A DNA stretch of 64,000 nt from Mobula hypostoma. Lineage: Eukaryota. The stretch lies in assembly GCF_963921235.1 (NCBI RefSeq), contig NC_086108.1, positions 78,246,001 to 78,310,000 on the forward strand, read 5' to 3'. This document shows positions 1-60,199 of this stretch, one piece after another. The notes beneath the pieces were generated by a model, which saw only the letters and a program-made list of their open reading frames with translations, searched no databases and was not told the origin of the DNA. The position numbers were made by a program, and so were the translations under genes. The stretch's first letter is position 1; every line of letters starts with the position of its first letter.

Positions 1-76
1 CCTGGTGCCCATTTTCTCTGGGGAAGGTTTTCATATGGAATAACAAGCCAATGTGAACTAACATTGAAAATAATTA

Positions 77-1768
77 TACTGGACAGCATTTTAAGGTGTT
101 GCTTCCTCAGAATTTTGTTTTGTTTATGATAGACTGCTTGAAGCTGAACACAAGTATAATTTCAGACTACGTGTATCACGTAGGAATTTGGAGAAACAAG
201 AAATCAACTTTTATTGAATACAATGTGTTAAATTGCATAATGGTACTGATGCTGTGCAATAGTTCAACTAGGTTAAAAATGTTTTGCTGATGATTTTTGT
301 TTGTACTCAGTGACTCAAGCTTCTCGCTTAAGTGTCCAATAATAATCTGCCAGCACTGGTGGATTCCAGTTGCCCTGATACTGTTCCACCATGTTCTGGT
401 GAAACTTTTCACTGTGCTTGTCACTGACAGTGCCAATATTTGCAGGGAAGACGTCAAAATAGGAAAGCAGATAATGAATCTTTAGTGACACATTGTAGTT
501 CATGGTTTTGTATACTTGAAGCATGTTGTCAGCCAGCTGCATGTGGTTTGGTGCTCTGTCATTGCCAAGAAAATCTTCAACAACATTCTTGAATGCAGTT
601 TTCTCCGGTCCCACTAGAAGTTCTTCGAATTGTCTGTAATTGATGACCTGTTTGATTTGTGTGCCAGCAAAAGTGCCTTCCTTAGTCTTGGGATCAGTTA
701 TTCTGGGAAACATCTGTCTCAAGTATTGAAATCGTTCATGGAAATGTTTGCACTTGGTGACAGCAGATTCCATCCGTGCAGTTTTGAACCCAGTAGTTCT
801 GTTTTTGCCTTTGACAAACCCAAGTCTCTGACCACGTTATTTAACTGAGATTGAGTTATCAGATGAGGCTTACTCAACATAAAGGGATTAAAATCTGTAT
901 CGATATCAGTGTCATTTTCCATTCCTGGCTCGTGCATCATTGCACCTTCATCTGCGTCCTCTAGACTGAATGTCTCTGGTAGCTTTGTACTGGAAAATTA
1001 TCGTCATGCAACACAGGTCTCATGGCTGGAGGGGAGATTGGGGTATTCAATGGATTTCTTGTTATTAGCGGAGAAACCAGACACGCTGGTCAGACAGAAG
1101 TAGCTGTCCGTCACATGATCCTTCTGATCTCACCATATCATCCGGACAGCAAACGACATTAACTTCTGAGTACCACTGAGCCAAGCTCTAAGATAGAGCT
1201 TGTTGCACAACAAGTGTAAGGAGCCCAGACATTGTCTTGATCACCAATTTTACACCCAAAGTAGAGCTCATAGGCATTCTTAATAAGAGGAGTCCTGCTC
1301 CTCCTTTGAGATTTAAGTGTGTACTCGTCACAAATATAACAACAAGTATCACAGCTGTTGCAACATTGGTGAGACATTTTGCTATCACAAGTACATCTGA
1401 AAATGAGTACACGCAATATGCTCTGCTCATGGAACACGTGCATCAACCTGATCGCAAACCAATATACTTGTAAACGCAATACATAGCACAATGTGTGCGT
1501 GATGCTTTTATATCCCTTCTAAAACCTGCCCTGCCATGTAGCATCCACCCTGCCTAAGCATGCCTGGACAAGACAGAAAACTTTTCAGCTTACATTGTGG
1601 GTAACATTTTAATTGACCTGAATTGTGAATTGAAATAACAAGTATAGGCGACTTCAAAAAATAAAATGTATGATAGGGAAATTTCATGGTGATTTTCATG
1701 ATCAGCAGCCCAATATCCAGAAGATACATCCAAAAGTACTTATGAAGCAAAATCTTTGTTGTCCAGTG
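77..1768 (-). mobile_element. Chapaev3-like (CMC superfamily) DNA transposon, internally deleted, transposase pseudogene
   Basis: Minus-strand fragments CYICDEYTLKSQRR...AYELYFGCKIGDQDNVWAP, LITQSQLNNVVRDLGLSKAKTELLGSKLHGWNLL and SLKIHYLLSYFDVFPANIGTVSDKHSEKFHQ...YQGNWNPPVLADYYW. Imperfect TIRs TACTGGACAGCA (77-88) / TGTTGTCCAGTG (1757-1768). TTA flanks both ends (74-76, 1769-1771). Family assignment is from recalled motifs. Confidence 0.78.
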
Positions 1769-1805
1769 TTACATGTTTCATTGGCAGGGGACTATAAAGT
1801 GTTTA

Positions 1806-1960
1806 AGACACAAACTGCCGTAGGAAATCAATGAATTGAGCATAATCTGTGGGGTGGGAGAGGGAGAAATTTGATTTCCCCCAAAGATGCTGCTTAACCC
1901 CCTGAGTTCCTTCAACAGCTTGTTCTTTTTCCCCTGATTCCAGCATCTGTATTCTCATGT
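1806..1960. repeat. Old, degenerate palindromic PLE-terminal repeat
   Basis: agatgctgcttaacc-cctgagttccttcaacagc...ttccagcatctgta matches the PLE 3' terminal repeat; the left arm is a decayed reverse complement. Confidence 0.45.
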
Positions 1961-2029
1961 GCCTCTGCTATAGAGTGTAACAGAGCTTGGTTTCTAGGGC
2001 ACTGATGATTTTCTTTGAACTTTTTGCAG

Positions 2030-49640
<47,611 letters not shown>

Positions 49641-50220
49641 TCAAAATCATTTTTAAATCAAAGAAGATAATTAATTTGTGGTGGAGGGGGGATGGCAGTT
49701 GGGTCAGGAAATAAAAGCCTTCACCTTATAGTGAAAGGATCTGCTCCTATAATTTCCTGTACGATCTATGGATTTTGGCAAGTAGTCAACACAATTTAAT
49801 TGATTGTTCTTCCTTCAGGTATCAACATTTTTTCTTTTCATTCATTTTTAAAATTATCAATATAGCTACATAATTTAATATTTAACCTTTTATTCAAGAA
49901 ATCAATTATTTTTGTTGTCATTTTGCAGAATTCTATACTACTTGTGGAAATTACTTGTACCTTTACGCAACTGAGATGTGACGTTCCCAGTTGCAAAGAT
50001 TTATTTGATTCTGATTTTCATTAGGCATCTGTTTGTGTCTGCCTACTCCACACAAGAGCGCTGCTTCTTTCCAACAACATGAATATATTACACATGTAGA
50101 ATACTGAAAAGGTAGAAGGAGACTTTGTGAAGGGACTGATTAATGCCACTTCAATATGAAGTGTGTGACATCACACATTTCCAAGTAACCACTTGTTCAC
50201 CACACACCAAACTAAGGGAT

Positions 50221-51296
50221 GTCCTCCTCCTTCAAAGAACAGGGTTTCCCTTCCTCCACCATTGATGCTGGCTTCAACCGCATCTCCTCCATTTCCGGAA
50301 CATCTGCACTCATCTGTCTTCCTGCCGTCTTAACAGTGATAGTGTTCCTTTTGACCTTACCACGAGCTTCCACATCCAACACATCATTCGCTGCAACTTC
50401 CGCCATCTCCAAAGGGATCCTAACACCAAACATATTTTACCCCCTCCCCCACTGATTTCCACATGGATCGCTCCCGCTGTGATTCCCTTGTCCATTTGCC
50501 CTTCCTTACTAATCTCCCTCCCAGCACTTATCCCTGCAAGCAGCCAAAGTGCTACCCCTGCCCATTCACCTCCCCCCTCACCTCCATTCAGGACCCCAAA
50601 CAGTCCTTCCAGGTGAGGCAACACTTCACCTGCGAATCTGCTGGGGTTGCCTATTATGTCCAGTGCTCCCAATGCAGCTTTCTCTACATTGGTGAGATTT
50701 GTTGTGAATTGGGGGATCACTTTTTTGAGCACCTCTATTCCAACCACCAAATACGGAACTTCTTGTTGGCCAAATATATTAATTCCAATTCTCATTCCCG
50801 TTCTGACATGTTGGTCCAAGGCCTCCTCTTGTACCACAGTTAGGTCACCCTCAGGGTGAAAGAGCAATACCATATATTCATCTGGGTAGCCTCCAACCAG
50901 ATGGCACGAATATAGAATTCTCCTTAAGGTAAAAAAAAATATTTTTCTCCCCCTCCCCTCTTATTCTATTCCCCACTCTGGCCTCTTACCTCTCCTCACC
51001 TGCCTTTAATCTCCCCTTATGTCCTTTCCTCTTTCCCTTTCTCCCATGGTCCACTCTTCTCTCCTCGGGTTCCTTCCTCTCCAGTCCTTTACCTTTCCCA
51101 CCCACATAGCTTCACCTATCACCTTCTAGCGTTTCTCCTTCCCCTCCCTCCCACCCACCCACCCACCCTTTTATTCTGGCATCTTGTCCTTTCCTTACCA
51201 GTCCTGAAGAAAGATCTTGGCCCGAAACATCATTGTTTATTCATTTCCGTAGATGCTGCCTGACCTGCTGAGTTCCTCCAGCATTGTGTGTGTTGC
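50221..51296 (+). mobile_element. Penelope-like element 3' part (GIY-YIG + terminal repeat) downstream of the slc6a9 stop
   Basis: PSTYPCKQPKCYPCPFTS...QHFTCESAGVAYYVQCSQCSFLYIGE (GIY-YIG); degenerate hammerhead at 51200-51238; candidate 7-bp TSD AAGGGAT (50214-50220, 51297-51303). Confidence 0.85.
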
Positions 51297-53579
51297 AAGG
51301 GATACAGGTTTCTTGATTCCTTAATATACTAGGTTTGTTCATCTTTTTTCTTAATGCAACACAGATTTTTTTTATGTATATTACAAAATTCAAAGCTGTC
51401 CCGTTATTAAGATATTTCTGATAAACTTATGCAGAACACAAACAAAAGATATATCACACATGTTTGAATCATTTATGCAAAAGCTGTACACCACTTGCAT
51501 AAGTTTTGCTACAGCTACTGGAGACACCAGTTCCTGGTATTTTCAGTTTGTAGAACATGGCCTCACTGTCAGGTAAAAAGCCTCTGTCACCAGTAATATG
51601 ATGCTTTCATCACCATCATGATCTTTAATGCCAGTACTTCTTCACAAGAAGATCCATAGCAGTAAACCTATAACTATAACTAAACCAGCAATATAGAGTA
51701 CATGACATATTATCAGACATGCATGTCCAGTATACATAGGAATATTTGATACTTTTACTCCTATGACTAGTACTTAATTTTTCCAAATTTTTCCTACTGA
51801 TCATCTAACTTGTACTATTTCAGAGGAAGTTAAAAATTACAAAATGCCATCAGTACATCTAAAAGGCAGCAATTTGCTAATGAAAAGCAAAGAATCTGAA
51901 GCTGATAATGCATCTGGAGGATGTTTATATCTGAGGAACATACCATTTTATGTATTCAGTTAGCACTTTAGTACACTTCATTGGAAGAGCTTTTGGAGAT
52001 GTTTTAATGGTACTAGTATCAACTAAGTAATAGGTTTTCTTTGATTAAAAATCTATTTTGTAAAATTATCAAGTAGGATGTTAGAAGTAATAGTGCAAAG
52101 AAATACTGCAACAGAGGCCTAATATGTAGTTGAGTGTGATTCTGAAATAGAGACTTTTACAGTTTTTAAAGCCAATTACCTTAAGATGACAACTAGCAGT
52201 TTTCAAGATCTCTTGTGTTTGGGTTTTAGCAGCGCTAGAATGGGGGAGCTGGGAAAATTTGAACTTTTGGTTGCATAATCTTTTATTTTACCCATGCCCT
52301 GCAAAAGAAGAAATATACCATTTCAACAAAACAGGCATGAATTTTTACAGCTACCTATCTATCAGGCAGTCACAATACAATTCCTTGAATAGCCAAGACT
52401 TACTAAGATACCCAATTTATAATTGGGTATCTGCCATTCCTATCCAAAAATACGATGGGATTGTTCACATAATCCAATTGTCATTTTCCTGAATAAATTA
52501 ACATTAAATGTGGTATGCACATGAGCCCTTATTTCACCAAAAATTGTATGATTTAACCTTTAGAAGAACTCCTGACTGCCATTCCAAAACATGCCAAAAG
52601 ATTTTTTAATGATACAGACATCCAAACATTGTAACAGTTCATCCTGCCAATTAGTACTACACAGGAAATGATGGTTTAACTAAAGCAGCAAGTTGCCATG
52701 TAAATTTGCCTTACATTGATCATACTTCATCTCAAATTATATAGTTGAAAATAGTTCGTACTACCTAATGTAGATGAATCATGGATGTCATGGACTCATT
52801 GCCATCTCCACAATGGTCTTGGGTTAAAGGCAGAGCCTATACACAATAACCTAAAACTAAAATTGGGAAGGTATTCACACCCATGCAGGACTCTTTGTTA
52901 GGAGAGGTAGAACAGTACAAACAGATGCTTTAAATATTTGTTCTTTTGGATTATTTTTAAAGATCAAAACCAACCCGCTTTCTCCACTCCCACCACTGCC
53001 AAAACAAACTTGTAATGAAATCAGTCACCTCACTTTATTGGTCAGTCTTTGAAATCCATGTACAGATACATTCATGTGTCAAATTATGTAAAGTACTTGA
53101 ATTGTACAGTGTACATTCCAGTCCTAAATTTACAAATGCAGAAAGGGTTTATGCCAAAAGATTTTGTGCTTAAATCCAAATTTTGATTAGATTGGAATTT
53201 CCATTTAATGGAAATACATGAAATGTTCCATTAAGGTTCAAGTTCTGAAACAAAATTATGTTTATATCAGAATACTTGCATGATGGGAATGGTCATAATG
53301 GGATTTTGTGCCTGGCTGCAAAACAAATTTATGTAGATTCCATTGCATTTGCTTGAAAATGTTAAACTTTGATTCCATGAATGCAGTATGACAAAGTAGA
53401 CATTGCCAATTAGAAGCTATAAATTAAATTCTCTCTTTCTCCCCTTGTTCTCCTTACTAACCCTTTCCCTGCCTCATTCTATGCTAATATCATTCTGACC
53501 ATTTCAATATTTTCTTTATTCATATCTCTATGGGGTTTAGTTCTGGATGGGTAATTGAATGTCTATCTTTACTGCACTG

Positions 53580-53800
53580 TGGTTGAGGCAAATAGTAGAA
53601 CTCTAGCCTTAGAGCCAGAAGGTTAGAGGTTTAAACCCAATTGCTTTAACAAGAATAAAACTTAATACTTTATTTTAATATTCAGAGAGTACCATCTTTA
53701 AAAAGAGGTGTTAAACAGGGACCAGTCTTCCCTTCCAGGACGACATAGAAGATCCCATAGCGCTGTTTCAAAGAACAATGGTGCTGCCTCCAACTTCAAT
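53580..53800 (+). mobile_element. Ancient DeuSINE (SacSINE1-like) remnant
   Basis: gagagtaccatcttt...gtgttaaacagggaccagtc...aagatcccatagcgctgtttcaaagaa resembles the recalled Deu domain; degenerate tRNA-like head upstream. Confidence 0.6.
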
Positions 53801-54669
53801 GGCTGTTAAGCACTTTAATAACCAACATTTCAACTTAAGCCCTCTGTTAGATGCTCAGAGTGAATAATTAGTTTCTTATCCTTATGACACATACTTCACC
53901 CCTTCAGACTGCACAAGTTACTTTCTTAACATAATGGGAAATAGTTTACAAATTACAACCAAAAAATACAGTAAATACACATTTTATTATGCTGAACTAT
54001 ATTATGTCCCTTAATTCATATTGATAAAGCAATAGGCTGCACTTTGTTGACTTTTATTAGCAGACATAGGAAAGAGTATTTTTTCACATGGTTTAGTCAA
54101 ATGAATGTCATGTTTCAGTCTAAGGAAGTCTGACCCAGATCATCTACATCTCTACAGCTTCCTGGCTTGATACTGTTGTAACATTGATATATTGGTATTA
54201 ATATTCAGTGGCAGACTTTATTTGAGCTTAAAAAAATCTTTTCCTCAATATGTCAGGTAGCAATGGCAAAATGTCTGTGATGATTAAGGTTAATTCAATG
54301 GAGCTTGACTGCTAATAATTTGATTCACCAAGGACATACGTAGTCACTAACAGGTTCAATTAATTTCGACACAGGTCATTTAAAAGTCTGCCTCACTTGT
54401 ACTCAAGGATAGGTAATTGCCAGCCAATACAGTGCATAAAAACTTTCATAGTGCCAGGGCTTCCCTAGTCATAGATATCTCAGACTATTACATTTTCCAA
54501 TCCCGGTTACTTCAATGCCAGCAATAAATCATTTAATTTAAAAATAAACATAATTTAAATGGTTTGCTGCTCGCTTCAAAATAATAATGTTTGCACAATT
54601 CAAGCTTGTAATTCCCAGTATTACATAGCGTTGGTAATATCTACAATATGCACATGCATTCATTTTCAG

Positions 54670-54734
54670 TCTCTCTCACGCACATGCACACACACACACA
54701 CATGAGCACACATACTCACACTCTCTCTCTCTCT
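54670..54734. repeat. Compound (CA)n/(CT)n microsatellite
   Basis: ctctctcacgcacatgcacacacacacaca...cactctctctctctct. Confidence 0.85.
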
Positions 54735-55681
54735 AGATGATGTTTACACTGTTGTAGACTTTGGACTGTACAAACGTAGAAAGCATCAATATTACATGAC
54801 CCCATTAGTGGCACAGAGTATTGTAGATTAGGGGTGATTTTGCTCTTGAACATGACTGGATTTTACACTACACTGAAATGCTTAAATTGAGTGGGGGTGG
54901 AGCTGCTTGTTGTTGTGGGGTGGGGTGGGGTAGGGGTTAGATTTCATTCTTCACATTTTGTGAAGTTTCTCAAGCACACAACTTTTATATAGTGTAAACA
55001 GTGATCTGGATTGAGCCATGTTTCTGGTTCATTTTAGTGCTCTCTTTACTCTCTATTTAATCTGTTTTCTATCCATGTACTTGGTCTATCTCATTTTCAC
55101 AATTGCCAAACCTCTCAACCTTTTGCCTATTTATAGCTGTAAATATGTAGATTTGTAATCTATCCTATATGCCATTGCCCAATTTGTTCACCTTTTCTGA
55201 CTGGCAAGCTCTTGTATTCACTCAGTAAAGGTTTTTGGGGAAATCTTTGTAACCCACGCTTCCTTCCTACCTCTGACATTTATCAATATAAAATACTCAT
55301 ACTCTATTTAATGTATAATTTAAATTGAGCACCACCTTGCATTTCCTTTTAGCTGTGTGTGCTGAAAAATAAAGGAAGGGTTTACTTTCCAATGTGCCAA
55401 TAGCTCAAAATGAGAAATGTAATTGTGTACACAGTTTTCTCTTGATAGTGTATATTGTTTCAAGTGACTGTAATCTGTAGTTCTATACTTATGGAAGTTT
55501 ACCTGACTTTTTTTTTAGTGTTTAGAAGACAGAAATAAACAGTATATAAGAAGCTACTTATATAAATCTCTTTGAGTTTGGGGTCAGTTGCATATATCAG
55601 TCATTAACAAAAGCTGTAAATCACATTTCCAAATGGGATTGAGTTGTGTTTATACTATTTGTTCTTGTATTTAATATAATT

Positions 55682-55707
55682 AATAAAACTATAATTATAA
55701 TAATAAA
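55682..55707 (+). terminator. Candidate distal polyadenylation signals of slc6a9 (tandem AATAAA)
   Basis: TAATAAAACTA duplicated (AATAAA at 55682 and 55702), TGTA upstream, at the end of a transposon-poor AU-rich tract; other AATAAA hexamers exist (e.g. 49710). Confidence 0.4.
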
Positions 55708-56910
55708 ACTACTTATCAAAGGGAAGATGTCACCAAACTGAATATTTCATTAAATAAGTGATTTGTGCAGGTCAAACACCATTGCAACAAAACCTATTGC
55801 TGTAATTCAGCAATAAATACCTTCTCCATCTTGGATTCGGTTTCTGAATTTTAATGAAATTGACAACTCTTTTAAGAACGATATAGCTTAGTTCGCCAGT
55901 CCAAGACCACCACCACCCCCTTCTACTTCATGAGAAGTAGAATTTTCTCATTAACACCATATATTTAGATCAACAAGTGAATTACTTGATGTAAAATGTG
56001 CAAGAGTTTTCTTAGAGGCAATAACAATAATTAACAATAATTCTCTTAATCCCTTTTCAACAATTCAAACCGATATAAGCCATGTCCAGTTATTTTTCCC
56101 TGGAAAAGATGAAAATATCTATTATTCATTATTCTCACTTACTAACATAACTAATTCCCCTCGTGACAGATGCAACCAGGTAACTAACCTGAGAGCCCTC
56201 AGTCTGCGCCAGACTTCACAGTTCCCACATTATGATGCCTCCTAAATTAACGTTGTGTTTTAAAATAGGGCAACTCCGCTAGACAGAGTGCACATGATAT
56301 TAAGACTTGAAGAGGCAAGCTTACAGTATATTCACTCCTAGTCCCATGCTACAGCTGTTTGCCACAGCAAAATTCATGTGTAGAAATTCTTTATCAGTTG
56401 CACTGAAACTGAACATCAGAAGTAGGGTAACAGGCAATATTGCTACAATTAGAGCACATTTAACATTCCCAAACAGAATGAATCTTTAGCCAAATGACGA
56501 TCAGACTTGCTTCAGCTTATTGTGGATAGAAACTTAAATTATACATAGAATGTACAACAGGCTGAAAGATTTGTTTCCTATAAAGTGTGAGACAGTTGTC
56601 TAATTATAGTGAGGTTTAGTAGGGTTGGTTGAGGATGGTGGAAACCAATATAGAGCCAATCCCCATCAGATACCACCTGGTTGGTGAACCTGGTTACATG
56701 ATGGATTGAAATATTATCTCTTCCACTCCAGACCTGGCTGGAAATAGCACCATCTACTGGTGACTGTGAAATACGTTAAGCTGCTCAACCCAATTCTTAC
56801 GGCATCAATGAATTACGGGCAGGTGATGGAGATGACTATCACAACATTACATTTCATTCACTTATTGGCTTAAATTATTAAATAGTGTCCAGAAATATAC
56901 TGAGACAGAA

Positions 56911-57128
56911 GAGACTGCAGATGCTCGAAAGAAACACGCAAGATGCTGGAAGAACACAGCAGGTCAGGAGGCATTTACGGAAGAAATAGTCAGTCACTGT
57001 TTCAAATTTGGACCCCTAATCTGAACTGTGTGGTTATCAGTCCAGATAAATGTTTCAACCTGAAACACATCCCTCGGTAGATGCTACCTAACCATCTGAG
57101 TTCTTCCAGGATCTTGTGCAATGCTGCA
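56911..57128. mobile_element. Older palindromic PLE-derived element
   Basis: caagatgctggaagaacacagcagg... / ...ctgagttcttccaggatcttg inverted arms; decayed hammerhead cagtccagataaatgtttcaacctgaaac. Confidence 0.7.
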
Positions 57129-57830
57129 GAAATGCTATGTATACCGCCTAGTCAATTATTACAGCAGATTTGTTCACAAAACTTAATTGTTTTCAGTGCC
57201 TACAGAATATCAACATTTGCATTTCAAATTAATAATTGGCCTTAATTGGCATAAAAAGTGACCAAGTTAAATTTGTCTTTTCGATTTTGTTTTCCACACA
57301 CTAATAGCTGCTTTAAGATGCCAATTCATTCAGCTTTCCATGACTGATTTTATGCAACAGGCCCCATGTTGGTGCTGAAGGGATAGTGTAACTGTAAGAG
57401 GATTCATTGCAAAACTGCATGTTAGCACAATTTTCATTACTTCAGACAAAACTGCTGTAAATTTTATTCATTTACAAACTGAAACCCAGCAAAGCTTTAA
57501 AATGGAACCTGTAGATTCCAGAATAAGTTTATTTTAGAATTGGTCAGAAATGTGAATTAAAAAATTAATTAACCTGCAGAATTTGGAATTTGTGTTTTTT
57601 TTTAACACTATGGGCTAATTTCTTTCTTTATTTTATTTAGTGATACAGCATGGAGTAGGCCCTTTGGGCCTTTCGAACCACATCATTCCAGCAACCCACG
57701 CCAAACCCGATCAACCCTAACCTAATCACAGGACAATTTACAATGATCAAATTAACCTACCCAGTACATCTTTGGACAGTGAAAGGAAACCAGAGCACGT
57801 GGGGAAAACCCATGCATTCCCTGGGGACGA

Positions 57831-58045
57831 CAAAACACACAATACGCTGGAGAAACTCAGCAGGTCAGGCACCATCTATGGAAATGAATAAACAGTCAAC
57901 GTTTCAGACCAAGACCCTTCATCAGGACTCGTCCCGAAATATCAACTGTTTATTCATTTCCATAGATGCTGCCTGACCTGCTGAGTTCCTCCAGTATTTT
58001 GTGTGTTTTGCCTTGGATATCCAGTATTTTCAGATTTGCTTGGGT
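57831..58045. mobile_element. Palindromic PLE-derived element
   Basis: Near-perfect arms ctcagcaggtcaggcaccatctatggaaatgaataaacag / ctgtttattcatttccatagatgctgcctgacctgctgag. Confidence 0.82.
57893..57929 (-). ncRNA. Minimal type I hammerhead ribozyme motif (best preserved in window)
   Basis: Minus strand AGUC-CUGAUGA-A-GGGUCUUGGUCU-GAAA-C-GUU-GACU; palindromic stem III AACGUU; stem II with G-U wobbles. Confidence 0.68.
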
Positions 58046-58101
58046 AGATGGTGCTGGAATTGAACTCTGAACTCCAGAACACCCCAAGCTGTAATAGCGT
58101 C

Positions 58102-58790
58102 ATAAGACCATAAGATATAGGAGCAGAATTAGGCCATTTGGCCCATCGAGTCTGCTCTGCCATTTCATCATGGCTGATCAAATGTTCCCCTCAGCCTCAC
58201 TCTCTTACCTTCTCCCCGTATCCCTTCATGCCCTGACCAATCAAGAATCTATCACCCTTCGCCTTCAATATACATAAAGACATGGGCTCCACAGCTGCCT
58301 GTGGCAAAGAATTCCACAGCTTCACCACTCTCTGGCTAAAGAAATTCCTCCTCATCTCAGTATTAAAAGACACCCCTCGATCCTGAGGCTGTGTACTCTG
58401 GTCTTAAATTCTCCCGTCATCCTCTCCACATCTACTCTATCAAGGCCTTTCACCATTTAATAGGTTTCAGTGAGGTCACCCTCATTCTTCTGAAATGTAG
58501 TGAATACAGGACCAGAGAGCACAGCCATAGAGGGGCGTCCATTTAGAACTGAGATGAAGAGGAATTTCTTTAGAAGTGGGGTGGTGAACCTGTGGAATTT
58601 CTTGCCATGGATGGCTGTGGAGGCCAAGTCATGGAGTAAATTTAAAGTGGAGATTGATAGGTTCTTGATTAATCAGGGCATCAAAGATCACGGGGAGCAG
58701 GCAGGAGAATTAGTTTGGGAGTGATATGCTGGAATGTCAGAGAAGACTCGATGGGCTGAATGGCCTGGTTCTGCTCCTATAATTTATGGG
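58102..58790. mobile_element. Two CR1 3' ends in inverted orientation (58102-58515 on -, 58516-58790 on +)
   Basis: cataagaccataaga tail on the left; IEGRPFRTEMKRNFFRSGVVNLWNFLP then ctcctataatttatgg on the right. Confidence 0.75.
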
Positions 58791-59083
58791 CAAAATTCAA
58801 ACAACTCTAAAAACTTAAAACATTTAAAATTACTTTTAAACATTTCTGAATCCCATTAAACACTCTTTAAATGATGGTCTAAATTACCATAACTGGTCCC
58901 CTTGCAGAAGGGTATGTTGTCTTATAAGATATTGAGAGGGGGAGATGATATTTAAAAGTGCCCTTTTAACAACAACCAGTCTAGCTCCATCTCCACCACT
59001 CCCAGGGTTATCCTGGCTAACAATCTTTTCATCTATTTACAATTTTAAAGAATACTGGTGCAAACATTTACTGAGCATTGCAC

Positions 59084-59213
59084 AAACAAGAGAAAATCTG
59101 CAGATGCTGGAAATTCAAGCAACACACACAAAATGCTGGAGGAACTCAGCATGCCAGGCAGCATCTATGGACAAAAGTACTGCCAAAGGGTTTTGGCCCG
59201 AAACGTCGACTGT
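59084..59213. repeat. PLE terminal repeat with a short inverted hammerhead segment
   Basis: aagagaaaatctgcagatgctgg...gcatctatgg followed by ctgccaaagggttttggcccgaaacgtcgactg. Confidence 0.75.
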
Positions 59214-59944
59214 GTTGAGATCATCGACAAGGTTTACTGTTTATTTACTCAGTAATATACAGCAAACTTACAGTGCTTTGCTGTGGAAACTCAGTCAGAC
59301 AGGAGGATGGTGAAAGGATGCCTTTGGCTATTTCTCTACAGAAGAGTCAATAGCCTGAGAGTATTTTTTTCAAGATAGCATTTTATCTAGTCAGAGGCTC
59401 CGTTGTGAATCTTTCGTCTTGCAGAAGAATGTTGCGGATTATCACTTCTGAGAAGAAGGTCAAGCAACTATCTTTACTAACTTCTCTGCTATTTCTTGGA
59501 AACAAGGCAAACTTTATCTCTCAGCATTTTTTGGGAAATGACTGATCCCTCTTGTGAATTTCCATTCCTGTAACATACTCTTGATAGATCTTAAAAACGC
59601 AAACACGAGGAAATCTGCAGATGCTGGAAATCCAAACAACACACACAAAAAATGCTGGTTTGGGTGTTCCACACAGCAGGTCTCTAACTGGCTAATCCTC
59701 TGGTCAGAACAGCTGAAGAAACTTACCTGTATCCTTTTTAAAAACTCTGATAATTCTTAAGAAGCCAGGCAAAATAATCACAATATGTTTTTTTATAAGG
59801 AAACACACAAACTCGGTTTATGATTTTTAGTCCCATAAATCATTCTTTCGTTTTGCTTCCTGCCCTTATTTTTCTCTCCAAGTCTCTGTCTTTCAACAAG
59901 TACAATATTTAGATCACCATTAACCAATAGAAATGAAAATGCAG

Positions 59945-60187
59945 CCTCAGCTCTTGGCTCCATCCCCCCCCCTCCTGTCTTCTCCTATCATTTCGGATCT
60001 CCCCCTCCCCTTCCCACTTTAAAATCTCTTACTATCTCTTCTTTCAGTTAGTCCTGACAAAGGGTCTTGGCCTGAAACATCGACTGTACCTCTTCCTATG
60101 GATGCTGCCTGGCCTGCAGCGTTCCACCAGCAGTTTGTGTGTGTTGCTTGAATTTCCAGCATCCGCAGATTTCCTCGTGTTTGCGTT
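59945..60187 (+). mobile_element. PLE 3' end with decayed hammerhead (60050-60086)
   Basis: agtcctgacaaagggtcttggcctgaaacatcgactg...gcagatttcctcgtgtttgcg. Confidence 0.8.
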
Positions 60188-60199
60188 GGTTATAGAGTC

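Larger units (their letters stand above)
57625..58100 (-). mobile_element. V-SINE (minus strand) interrupted by a palindromic PLE element
   Basis: ggacaatttacaatgatcaaattaacct...ggaaaccagagcac (reverse V-domain); B-box reverse complement ggaattgaact at about 58056. Confidence 0.65.
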
